From Antechinus flavipes (taxonomy: Eukaryota), in the NCBI RefSeq assembly GCF_016432865.1, contig NC_067403.1, positions 263,748,001 through 263,812,000 of the forward strand: 64,000 nucleotides of DNA, given 5' to 3'. The notes below the pieces were generated by a model. That model did not search any database. It was given only the letters and a program-made list of their open reading frames with translations, and was not told where the DNA came from. Of the stretch, positions 54,370 through 64,000 are shown one piece after another (within the stretch, counting starts at the first letter, position 1; every line of letters starts with the position of its first letter). The translations under genes and the position numbers were made by a program.

Positions 54370-54730
54370 GGTCTCTGTCTCTCCCAATGTCTCTGGGTCC
54401 CTGTCTCTCTGGATCCCAGTCCCTCCCAGTGTCTCTAGGTCTCGGTCTCTCCCTGTGTCTCTGGGTCTCCGTCTCTCCCAATGTCTCTGGATCTCTGTCT
54501 CTCCCAGTATCTCTGGATCTCTCTCTCTCTCTCTCCCAGTATCTCTGAGTCTCTGAATCTCCCTGTGTCTCTGTCTCTCCCAATGTTTATGGGTCCCTGT
54601 CTCTCCCAGCGTCTCTGGGTCTCTGAATCTCCCAATGTCTCTGAGTCTCTGAATCTCCCCGTATCTCTGTCTCTCCCTGTCTCACTACCCCTCTGAGAAC
54701 TGTCTTCCTCTCCCTGTCTCTGTAACTCTC
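54370..54730. repeat. Degenerate CT-rich tandem repeat
   Basis: tctctgggtccctgtctctccc variants. Confidence 0.75.
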
Positions 54731-54974
54731 CCATAGGGGTCTCCTTGTCCGAGCCTTCCTTCTCTTTCCTTTTCTTTCAGTCTCTGTCTCCTTACCGCCC
54801 TAGCTCAGGCTTCCAGCTTCGGCCTCTATGATTCTGTCTGTCTCGGTCTCGGAGCGTCCGTCTTGCCCGCTTCTCGTCTCTAGCTCCTCCTTCCCCATGC
54901 CCGTTCCCGCCCCTTAGAAAGTCTCCTGCCCTGGATCTCGGATCTCGGGCGCCAGAGCGCGCTGCCCAGCTCCG

Positions 54975-56758
54975 GCCCCTGAGCCCGCGCTCCCTCCTTC
55001 TCAGGCTCCTGAGCCCGCGCTCCTTCCTTCTCAGGCTCCCTGCCTCTGCGCTCCCTCCTTCTCAGGCTCCTGAGCCCCCGCTCCCTCCTCCTCAGGCTCC
55101 CTGCCTCTGCGCTCCCTCCTTCTCAGGCTCCTGAGCCCCCGCTCCCTCCTTCTCAGACCCCTGAGCCCGCGTTCCCTCCTTCTCAGACCCCTGAGCCCGC
55201 GCTCCCTTCTTCTCAGGCTCCTGAGCCTCCGTCCCTCCTCAGGCTCCTGCCTCTGCGCTCCCTCCTTCTCAGGCTCCTGAGCCCCCGCTCCCTCCTCAGA
55301 CCCCTGAGCCCGCGCTCCCTCCTCAGGCTCCTGAGCCCCCGCTCCCTCCTCAGCCCCTGAGCCTCCGCTCCTCCTCAGGCCCCTGAGCCTCCGCTCCTCC
55401 TCAGGCTCCCTGCCTCTGCGCTCCCTCCTTCTCAGGCTCCTGAGCCCGCGCTCCCTCCTCAGGCTCCTGAGCCCCCGCTCCCTCCTTCTCAGGCTCTTGA
55501 GCCTCCGTCCCTCCTCAGCTCCTGCCTCTGCGCTCCCTCCTTCTCAGGCTCCTGAGCCCCCGCTCCCTCCTCAGGCTCCCTGCCTCTGCGCTCCCTCCTT
55601 CTCAGGCTCCTGAGCCCGCGCTCCCTCCTCAGCCCCTGAGCCTCCGCTCCCTCCTCAGGCCCCTGAGCCCGCGCTCCCTCCTTCTCAGATCCCTGAGCCC
55701 GCGCTCGCTCCTTCTCAGACCCCTGAGCCCGCGCTCCCTCCTCAGGCCCCTGAGCCTCCGCTCCCTCCTCAGATCCCTGAGCCCCCGCTCCCTCCTTCTC
55801 AGGCTCCTGAGCCCGCGCTCCCTCCTCAGGCTCCTGAGCCCCCGCTCCCTCCTTCTCAGGCTCCTGAGCCTCCGTCCCTCCTCAGGCTCCTGCCTCTGCG
55901 CTCCCTCCTTCTCAGGCTCCTGAGGCCCCGTTCCCTCCTTCTCATGCTCCCTGCCTCTGCGCTCCCTCCTTCTCAGGCTCCTGAGCCCGCGCTCCCTCCT
56001 CAGGCCCCTGAGCCTCCGCTCCCTCCTCAGGCCCCTGAGCCCGCGCTCCCTCCTTCTCAGATCCCTGAGCCCGCGCTCCCTCCTCAGCTCCTGCCTCTGC
56101 GCTCCTCCTTCTCAGACCCCTGAGCCCGCGCTCCCTCCTTCTCAGATCCCTGAGCCCGCGCTCCCTCCTTCTCAGACCCCTGAGCCCGCGCTCCCTCCTT
56201 CTCAGACCCCTGAGCCCCGCCTCTCTCCTTCTCAGACCCCTGAGCCCGCGCTCCCTCCTTCTCAGGCTCCTGAGCCCCCGTTCCCTCCTTCTCATGCTCC
56301 CTGCCTCTGCGCTCCCTCCTTCTCAGGCTCCTGAGCCCGCGCTCCCTCCTCAGGCCCCTGAGCCTCCGCTCCCTCCTCAAGCCCCTGAGCCCGCGCTCCC
56401 TCCTTCTCAGACCCCTGAGCCCGCGCTCCCTCGTCAGGCCCCTGAGCCTCCGCTCCCTCCTCAGACCCCTGAGCCAGCGCTCCCTCCTTCTCAGACCCCT
56501 GAGCCCCGCCTCTCTCCTTCTCAGATCCCTGAGCCCGCGCTCGCTCCTTCTCAAACCCCTGAGCCCCGCCTCTCTCCTTCTCAGATCCCTGAGCCCGCGC
56601 TCGCTCCTTCTCAGACCCCTGAGCCCGCGCTCCCTCCTCAGGCCCCTGAGCCTCCGCTCCCTCCTCAGACCCCTGAGCCCGCGCTCCCTCCTTCTCAGAC
56701 CCCTGAGCCCCGCCTCTCTCCTTCTCAGACCCCTGAGCCCGCGCTCCCTCCTTCTCAG
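54975..56758. repeat. Large minisatellite, 27-31 bp units (ctcaggctcctgagcccgcgctccctcctt), about 60 copies
   Basis: Direct inspection; copy number estimated from length. Confidence 0.97.
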
Positions 56759-56828
56759 GAGCTCCGAGAGCTCAGCCGTCGGACGTTTCGAATATCCCGT
56801 GTCTCCCGGCGCACAACCCTCAGTCCCC

Positions 56829-56908
56829 ATGGCCAAAGGAGTCGGGGCCCTCGTGATCCTCTTTGCCTTCTTGATCCAAGGATCTTCTTCGCTCCCGGCT
56901 CCTCAGAG
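56829..56908 (+). CDS. SCT: SCT signal-peptide exon
   Basis: [26 protein letters not shown](R): hydrophobic core plus small-residue cleavage region; AG|GTGAAT donor, phase 2. Confidence 0.88.
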
Positions 56909-59181
56909 GTGAATCCTTCCCCTGCATCTTCCCACCCCGGCTCCCCTAGCTGGGTGGCTGGGGATCGGCGGACGCCAACCAGACCTGGGCTCGGGGCTCC
57001 GAGAGAGGGCGGGACTGGGCAGAGGGAGGCCACCCTCCCCTGCTCTTTCCGGGGTGCGTCCTGACCGGAGGATGCTTCGGGTCCGACCAGGGACGGGGAC
57101 ACGGTTAGCAACCGACGCGCTTCCCTCAGACCTCCTGCCGACTTGGCGGGCCCCAGCCGAAGCTCTCGGGTGGAACGTCTGCGGATGGGGATGGTTGGGG
57201 CACTCCTTCTCCCACACCTCCCTGGCTCGGCCTCCTCCCCCCGCCCCTCACAGCCTGTCTCCCGATAGGACTCAGCGCCACATGGACGGCGCCTTCACCA
57301 GCGAGCTGAGTCGCCTGAGGGAGAGCGCTTTCGTCCAGAGCCTGGTCCGCGCGCTGGTCGGCCTGGGGCCCAGGTGAGCGCTTCCCCGGGATGTTGGGGG
57401 AGGGGGAGGGAATCAGAGAACTGGAAGAGGGGCGCGGGGCCGAGCCGGGCCTGACGCAGCTGCCGCCACGCGCCCGCTCCGGCCCCCAGCCCGCTCCGCT
57501 GCCTCCCCAGGACCCAGAGACACTCAGACGGCGCCTTCACCAGCGAGCTCAGTAAAATAAGAGGAAACGCCCAGGTGCACCGCCTTATTCAGCAGCTGGT
57601 GGGTAAGCGCAGGTGAGAGCCGTGAGCGCGTCCGCTCCCACATGCCTTCCCCCAGACAAGTGGCCCCGCCCCACAGACACCCCGAGGTTCAGCGCCCCCC
57701 ATCCCTCAACCCCCCATCCCTACAAGCGCACACTCTCCCTCTAATCACTTCCAGCTATCTGCAGGTCTGTAACACTCCCTTTTCTCTTTGTGGCCGGGAA
57801 GATCAGTCAGAGAGCCGGAGGAGGTGACTGGAAGGAGCGGGGAAAATGGGCCCCTCGCCTCGGCCCAGGACAATTCGCCCTGCCTGAAGTGGCTTCGAAT
57901 GTGCCTCCCACAGAACGGGTAACTGCTCCCCTTTCCTGGAGCGCAAATGGGGCTGCGCGATCCCTCCCCTTTCCTCCCCCGGGCCATCTTGGGAGCGCGG
58001 GCGGTCTGCAGGGCTCCCTGTCCTTTCCGGGGTTTCCGGGCTGGGCCTCTGTCTCCAGGACCAGTGTTCAAGGCCCTCTTGTGACTTCTCAGTGCAGAAC
58101 TTGGAGGGAGATCCCTCGGAAGCAACTGTCTCTGGCAAGTCGCTCCGTGGCCAGAAGCTGAGGCTGAAGGGAAAGGAGCCTCTCCCGGGGAGGGCGCCCA
58201 AAGGCAAAGCGCTCGCTGTCTGACTCAGTAATAAAGGAGCATCTGATACAGAGTCCGGCTCGTGTGATGGAGAGGAGGGGGTTGCGGGGAAGGCGGGGGT
58301 TGGGGGGAGGAGCGTTAGAAACAGGCGGCTCCAGAAGCAGAACGGGGCTGGGAAGCGCAAATCGTTACACTCCCGAGTCCGCAGTCAGACGCCTCCCGAT
58401 CGGTCCTAGCGGAGCCCTCCCCTCACCGAGGGGTCCCTGGGCCGGGGAGGTCGGCTGAAGGGGCGGGGCTGTTCTGGCGGAGGCGCCTCGGGAGGCTCCT
58501 TCGGCCCTGAAACTTGCATCACCCTTGAGGGCCGTCCCCAAGGGCAAGGGCGGCCCTGTGGAGGAAGGAGACTCAGGAAGGGCGCAAGGAAACCAGCGGA
58601 GCTCGGACGTGCTTGAGAAAACTTCCCCTCTCCGGAGGTCATCAAACCAGAGCCCAGACCTGGGGGGGGGGGCTTCCTTGCCGGCCAGGCTAGAGACCCC
58701 AAGTTCTTTTTGCCGTTAGAATTCTGGATTGCCAAGGGATTGGGGGGCTGCTTCCCAAGGGTAGAGCTGGCCAGCCCCAGCTTCCTCCTGCACGGCCCCT
58801 CACTGATCCTGAACCACATCAAAGGTGCCCTAATCCCTTCCTTGCCCGAAACCCCTCCTCTTCCCCGAGGGTTCACTCCCTAGGAGACAACCCGACCCTT
58901 CCCTTTCTCCCTGAAAGCAGCTGCAGCCGCTGTGGATGCTTAGGCTCCCAAGGCTCTACCTCTCGCTGGCCCGGACCGGGGCTTTCTCCCCTTGTCAGTC
59001 CCCTCTCCCCTTGCCAGTCCCTTCTCCCCTTGCCAGTCCCCTCTCCCCTTGCCAGTCCCTTCTCCCCAGACTGCCCAGTCTTTTCTGGGAGATCAGCCCA
59101 CAGAGGCAGAGCTTTGGAAGCAGAGCTGGAAGGGCTCTCAAGAAGCCCAGGTCCCTCTCTTCTCCTGCTCCTGCTTCCTGA
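56829..59181 (+). CDS. SCT: Secretin precursor with two secretin-family peptides, proposed coding span
   Basis: Proposed join 56829-56908, 57269-57373, 57511-57612, 57811(or 57802)-57918, 59070-59181; all introns phase 2; about 168 aa. Divergent from DRD4, as SCT is in human. The last two exons are less secure. Confidence 0.8.
57269..57373 (+). CDS. SCT: SCT peptide exon A (secretin-like peptide)
   Basis: gatag|; (R)[34 protein letters not shown](R); AG|GTGAGC; 105 nt. Confidence 0.9.
57511..57612 (+). CDS. SCT: SCT peptide exon B (27-aa amidated secretin)
   Basis: ccccag|; (R)[33 protein letters not shown]; AG|GTGAGA; 102 nt. Confidence 0.95.
57811..57918 (+). CDS. SCT: SCT C-terminal propeptide exon (predicted)
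   Basis: [35 protein letters not shown] resembles the rodent EN..LA...D.LCLLW segment as recalled; GG|GTAACT donor, phase 2; acceptor ambiguous (57802 or 57811). Confidence 0.6.
58986..59069. repeat. 19 bp tandem repeat x4 plus partial copy (ctccccttgccagtcccct)
   Basis: AG dinucleotides at 58997, 59016, 59035, 59054. Confidence 0.9.
59070..59181 (+). CDS. SCT: SCT terminal exon (tentative)
   Basis: Long pyrimidine tract plus CAG; phase-2 frame [36 protein letters not shown]. An alternative exon at 59327-59360 cannot be excluded. Confidence 0.4.
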
Positions 59182-59924
59182 GGTCTGGAAAGCTTCTCCT
59201 TAGTGAGGCTGTTGCCTGCCCCTGCAGCCCCCAATCAGGCTCCTGGCTCCATCTCTGTGGCCAAGTGGCCGTGTTAATGCCTCCTCCACCAGACAGCCAG
59301 CCTGTGTCCCCCCTCCTCTCCCCCAGGCTCCTCCTTTCCTTACTGCCCCCTGGCTGGTGATCTGGCAGCCCTTTCTGGCTCACCATCATTATCAGTTCAT
59401 TGGTGTCCTTATTAAGATGCCCCCCCCCCAGGGTCAAGCCCCAGCCTTGCCTGTTGACAAGTGGTAGATGACTCTTCTGTCCCGGGCTCTGGGGACACAC
59501 ATGAAGGAACACCAAAGAAGCCAGCTCTGCAAGAGCTCCCGCTCCCCCAGGGAAGAGAATGTGCAAGGATCGAATGGATGTGCGGCAGTTTGGGGAGGAT
59601 GGGCATTCTGTGCCTCAGTTTCCCTTTCCCATGGGGACTGATCTCAAGCACGGTTAAGCATGTGTTTCAGGATTCTGACTGGGGAGAAGGGCCCTTTGCC
59701 TCCAGTTGCTTCCCACTTTCTGATCCCTTCTCTGGTATTCCTCTCACACACCCCTGGGCTGCAGATGCTGATATTCCTAGGGAGCCACTCCTCTGTCCCA
59801 AAGAGCAGACACCTCCCAACCTTCCCTCCTCCCACCTCTGCTGCTGTCTCTTTCCCACAAGCATGTTCTGTGAATAACTCCCTATATGATCTGTCATATC
59901 TATACCATATAGATACCTCCCAGT

Positions 59925-60082
59925 GTGCCAGCGAGGTGGTGCAGTGGACAGAGCACCAGTCCTGGAGTCAGGAGGACCCGAGTTCAAATCTGGCCTCAGA
60001 TACTTCACATTTCCTGGCTTGTGACCCTGGGCAAGCCACTTAACCCCAATGGCCTCAGCAAAAAAAACAACCAAACAAAAAA
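59925..60082 (+). mobile_element. tRNA-derived CORE SINE (WSINE1/SINE1-like) with A-rich tail
   Basis: aggtggtgcagtggacagagcacc (A box), gagttcaaatc (B box), ...cacttaaccccaatggcctcagcaaaaaaaa. Confidence 0.88.
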
Positions 60083-60959
60083 TATCTCTGAGTGATGACC
60101 TGAAATTTCCAGAAATGCTCACAGGCCTTTCTGTGTCCCTGCTCCAAAGCTGGCTGTCCCTACCCCCCAGGGTCTTGGTCCTCGGTCCCCACAAATTCAG
60201 CAACTGGCTCACCTGCACCTGAGTCCCTCCCCCTTCTCCTTGCCTCTGCCTCCAGTTTGCTAAGTCACGCACTAGCTCAGACCCGTCTGGTCAGATGTCA
60301 GACCCACCAATGACTTTGCCTCGGGTACATCAGTGTCCAGTCGTGGCTCTTCCAGGGCCATGTATCCAGAGATGCTCTTATGCCCCTCCTCCCCCCATTC
60401 TGACCATCAGAGAAGCCTTTGGACCTGTTGATGCCTAACAATCCTACAGTCCACTACAGTTCTCAGATCGTTTTCAGGCAAACTACTACAGGAAAACCTG
60501 CTCCACTTTGGACTCAGGTAATTTTTTGGGACCCAAATGTCCTTGACGTGGTCAAATTCTGATTTAGTTCTTCCCCAGGCTGATCGACTTTGTCACATTA
60601 TGTATGGATGACTATACTATGTCTCCAAGCTTTAGGACTTGCAAACCAAGCTGTACCCCAACCCCCTTTGGAGGGATGCGACTTGCTTGTTCCCTTTCAC
60701 CAGACAGCAACTTTCCCCAAAACCGTCCGAAGCTAGCAGTGGACTATGAGCATTTGTCTGGATCATCAGGCCCCGTGGTGAAGGAGCCACCCAAGGTCTT
60801 TCTGATGTCACATCCGGGGCTGTGGATTTTCAAAAATTTAAACTTACCTGATGCCCCTGAAATGAAATTTCCCATAGTCAAAGAGGAACAGAAAGAGATT
60901 GGTCCCAAATGAGATCACACATTTCTCCATTCATTGAATACACATCTGCCCACATGCAG

Positions 60960-61440
60960 CTTGTTGTTTTTAAGGATATAATAAATTCAACACGTTACTT
61001 TAAAACCAATCCTGCTCCCGTTTTCTTTTGAACATCTGTTCTCTTCAATGACTTTTTGGGGAATCCTATCCCTACCTTCCTTTCCTGCCCCCTCCCACTG
61101 AAAAGAAGAAAACCATAATCTCTGTAATAACTGTGTTTAATCGAGGAAAATAAATTTACAAAAGGAAAAAGTGTCATCAGCCCTCAGACAAAAGATGGGC
61201 ACCATGTTTCATCACAAGTCCTCAGGGGTTATTGCAATGATCAGATTTCTGAAGTCTTTCAAAGTTGTTTTTCTCTACATGGTTCTTCTTAGGGTACAAA
61301 CTGTTCTAATTCTGTTCAAGTCACTCTGTATTAGATCATAAATGAGTCTTTCTCCCCAAGTTGCTCCATTACTTCTTGTGGCAAAACAATATCTCATTAC
61401 ATTTATAGACCACAGCTGATGGACACCTCCTTAGGTCCAG
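60960..61440 (-). mobile_element. Old L1 3' region remnant
   Basis: AT-rich, with gtctttcaaagttgttttt and ctgttctaattctgttc..tcactctg L1-like segments. Confidence 0.5.
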
Positions 61441-61929
61441 TGTCCTTTATCACTGAAGGATCTTGGGAGGGGTATTTCTTCCCAGTTCAGGAAGGATCAA
61501 GAGGCTATCTCTGCATCTGCTCTGGAGGTCCAGGTGTCCACTAAAGCAGCAGCAAATTTGGATCTTTCTGGGGAGGGATGAGCTTCAAAGGAGTCAGAGG
61601 AAGCCTATGGTTGGGAGCTCTGCCCTCCACCTCCAGAGAATCCCTAAGGCCCGACTGGCCTAGGGTGCCATCTGCTGGAGGCCTACTGACTGGGCCTCCT
61701 GCACCAACTTCCTCCCCTTTGACTCTGTTGATTCCAAGATCTGCAAAGTTCATCACTAAGTATTTCTCGGTGTTTGCCTTCTTAAACATCGGTTTTCTCG
61801 ATGAAGATAATAGTTGTTCCTACAGTGGTGTTTTCGCTATAGACCTTGGATTCTCAACCTAGAATCTGTGTTGTTTTGTTACTGTTTTGGTTAAAGTACC
61901 CATTTATACAACCACTTTACAAATATCTC

Positions 61930-63030
61930 CTTTTTTTTTTTTTTTTTTTTACTTAATAGTATTTTTCCAATTACATAGAGTTTTCAATATTCATTTTTGT
62001 AAGACTATGAGTTCCAAAATGTTTCTCCCTCCCTCCTTTCCCTCTCCCTTCCTCAAGACAGCCAGCCCTCCGACATAAGTTAGTACAATGATGTTAAACA
62101 TATTCCATGTTAGTCATGTTGTGAAAGAGGAATCGGAACAAAAGGAACGAGCCGTGAGAAAGAAAAATGTAAAAGGGGAAAATAGTATGTCTTCTTCTGC
62201 ATTCAGAATCCATGGTTCTTTCTCTAGGTGGAGATGGATGTCCCAATGGAAGGACATCCCCTCAGTTTCCAGTTCTTTGCCGCCACGAAAAGAGCTGCTA
62301 TAAAGAACTGGACATTGGGGGGATGCTCAGCAGTTGGGGAGGGGCTGAAGTTGTGGTATATGAATATAACGGGATGCCATTGTTCTATAAGGAATGAGGA
62401 ATAGGGAGGGTTTTTTGTGTGTGGACACAATTGGGGTTAAGTGACTCGCCCAGGGTCACACAGCCAGGAAGTCTTAAGTGTCTGAGACCAGATGGAACAG
62501 GTAGATTTTTGGGGGGAAAAAATGGAAAGACTTCTAGGAAGTGAGCAGAATTGGGAGAGCATTGTGCACAGTTATAGCAGCGCTGTTCAATGATCAGCTG
62601 GGATGGACTTTGCTCTTCTCAGTTCTACAGCAATACGGCAACACTTTAAGACAATTCCAAAACTCATGATGAAAATGTTATCCACATCCAGAGGAAAAAC
62701 TATGGAGTCTAAACTATCTCTACATGTAAATTACTGTTATGTGGGGGGAAATGAAAATAAAACTAATGGGAGATTGCCTTGATTTAGTAGTGGCTGATGA
62801 ATAAAATAGTATTTGAGGGGGGAGAAGAGCTGCTATAAGTATTTTTTTACATATGGGTCCTTTTCCATTGCATAGGATCTCTTTGGGACATGGGCCCCGC
62901 AGTGGTATCGCTGGATCAAAGGGTGTGCACAGTTTGATAGCCCTTTGGACATAGTTTCAAATTGTTCTCCAGAATGGAGAGATCAGTTCATAACTCCACC
63001 CAGACTGCTTTAGTGCCCTGGTTTTCCCAT
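61930..63030 (-). mobile_element. Nested cluster: minus L1 interrupted by plus L1 (62304-62824), itself carrying a minus SINE (about 62410-62500)
   Basis: Poly-T at 61931; 14-bp duplication aagagctgctataa at 62290-62303 and 62825-62838; SINE signature ggggttaagtgactcgcccagggtcacacag. Confidence 0.75.
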
Positions 63031-63379
63031 ATCCGCATCCGTTATCTCCTTCTGAATATGTGGTTTGGTCTTCCTTGTCACCATAGTAGCTTTCTAGGGT
63101 CAGAATTTTTCTGTTTGCTCTCTTTTCCAGCCTATTTCTTTGCCCTTTAATTCTTTGTTAAACTTCCAGAATGGAAGGCCCCAGGTTCATGGATTTGGGG
63201 CAGCTGTTGTCAGAGCTACTTCTAGAGACCTGCACGCTTTCAGTTTTTCCAAGAAGGTGTGATCTGAGGAGGGGAGTGTTTACTATTCCCCCCGCTTCTG
63301 CTCTGGTCTTCAAATGACAATGAACACTATTTCCTGTCCTGGAACTGTGAGGATGATTCCTGCTCCAGCCTTCTCCCCT

Positions 63380-63590
63380 TCCAGTCCCCAGCCTCCTCCC
63401 CTTCCAGTCCCCAGCCTCCTCCCTTCCCAGCCCCCCGCCTCCTCCCTTCCCAGCCCCCCCACCTTCTCCCTTCCCAGCCCCCCCCGCCTCCTCCCTTCCC
63501 AGCCCCCCGCCTCCTCCCTTCCCAGCCCCCCGCCTCCTCCCTTCCCAGCCCCCCGCCTCCTCCCTTCCCAGCCCCCCAGCCTCCTCCCTT
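63380..63590. repeat. C-rich minisatellite, about 24-25 bp, about 8 copies
   Basis: cccagccccccgcctcctcccctt. Confidence 0.9.
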
Positions 63591-64000
63591 CTCAATTCCC
63601 TAGCCTTCCATATAAATGGTCTCACTTGGCCCTCAGACTTCAGGGAGACCTCCTCCTCTCCCACTTCCCAAGGATTAGTCCCAATGCAGGGAGGCAAGTA
63701 AAGTTCTTTTCCCAGCAGCTGGGGTCACTGACTAGTTAATGGTCTGAATCCCAGGGCGGTTGAGGAGGAGGGTCAGGATGAATGTTCCTGAAGCAGGGAC
63801 TGCCTGGGAACTGGGGCACAGAGGAGAGACCCCCGGCGGTCCCCTGGACACGGACTCGGGCCCAGCGGAGACTGAGCCTTCCGCTCCTTGTGTGAGTAAT
63901 GAGGCTCAAAGGACGGAAAGCAAATTCTCCACAACCAAGACTCCTGCTCCCCCTCCCCAGCTCCTCCCCAGGACCAGGCTGTCACATGACGAGTCCAGGT

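Noticed and set aside
55942-57064. ORFs (LRRRERGLRG)n and mucin-like (PSQAPEPALP)n
   Set aside because: Minisatellite read-through on both strands; no domain or gene structure
59327-59360. Alternative SCT last exon (LLLSLLPPGW*)
   Set aside because: Good acceptor and a LPPG resemblance, but very short and not distinguishable from 59070-59181 without transcripts; not called
59925-60000. tRNA-like A/B boxes
   Set aside because: Head of a SINE with CORE body and A tail, not a tRNA gene

Overview
GC-rich vertebrate genomic DNA. It is almost certainly marsupial (MAR1/MIR- and WSINE-type SINEs, an RTE LINE, marsupial-type L1 3' ends) and syntenic with human 11p15.5. It holds four spliced genes, reconstructed by hand from splice sites and protein similarity: TMEM80 (-, 5 coding exons, 279-5745), DEAF1 (+, 12 exons, 6693-37859, 561 aa), DRD4 (-, 4 exons, 47275-52058, 389 aa) and SCT/secretin (+, about 56829-59181, 3' exons less certain). 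TMEM80 and DEAF1 share a bidirectional CpG-island promoter, DEAF1 and DRD4 are convergent, and DRD4 and SCT are divergent. The main finding is that SCT has two tandem, phase-matched secretin-family peptide exons ([31 protein letters not shown] and [30 protein letters not shown]), whereas the human precursor has one, and human secretin looks like a mosaic of the two. Other notable points: minisatellites that amplify real splice sites (13 copies of the DEAF1 exon 3 donor region; about 60 acceptor-like units before the SCT ATG exon), a GC-AG first intron in DEAF1, a strong in-frame candidate cassette exon before the DEAF1 MYND finger, a near-consensus REST/RE1 site in the DRD4 5' UTR, a GC-shifted L1 fossil, and a candidate TATA-driven antisense unit in an orphan CpG island. 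There are three assembly gaps. Gene and peptide comparisons use recalled reference sequences; no searches were run.
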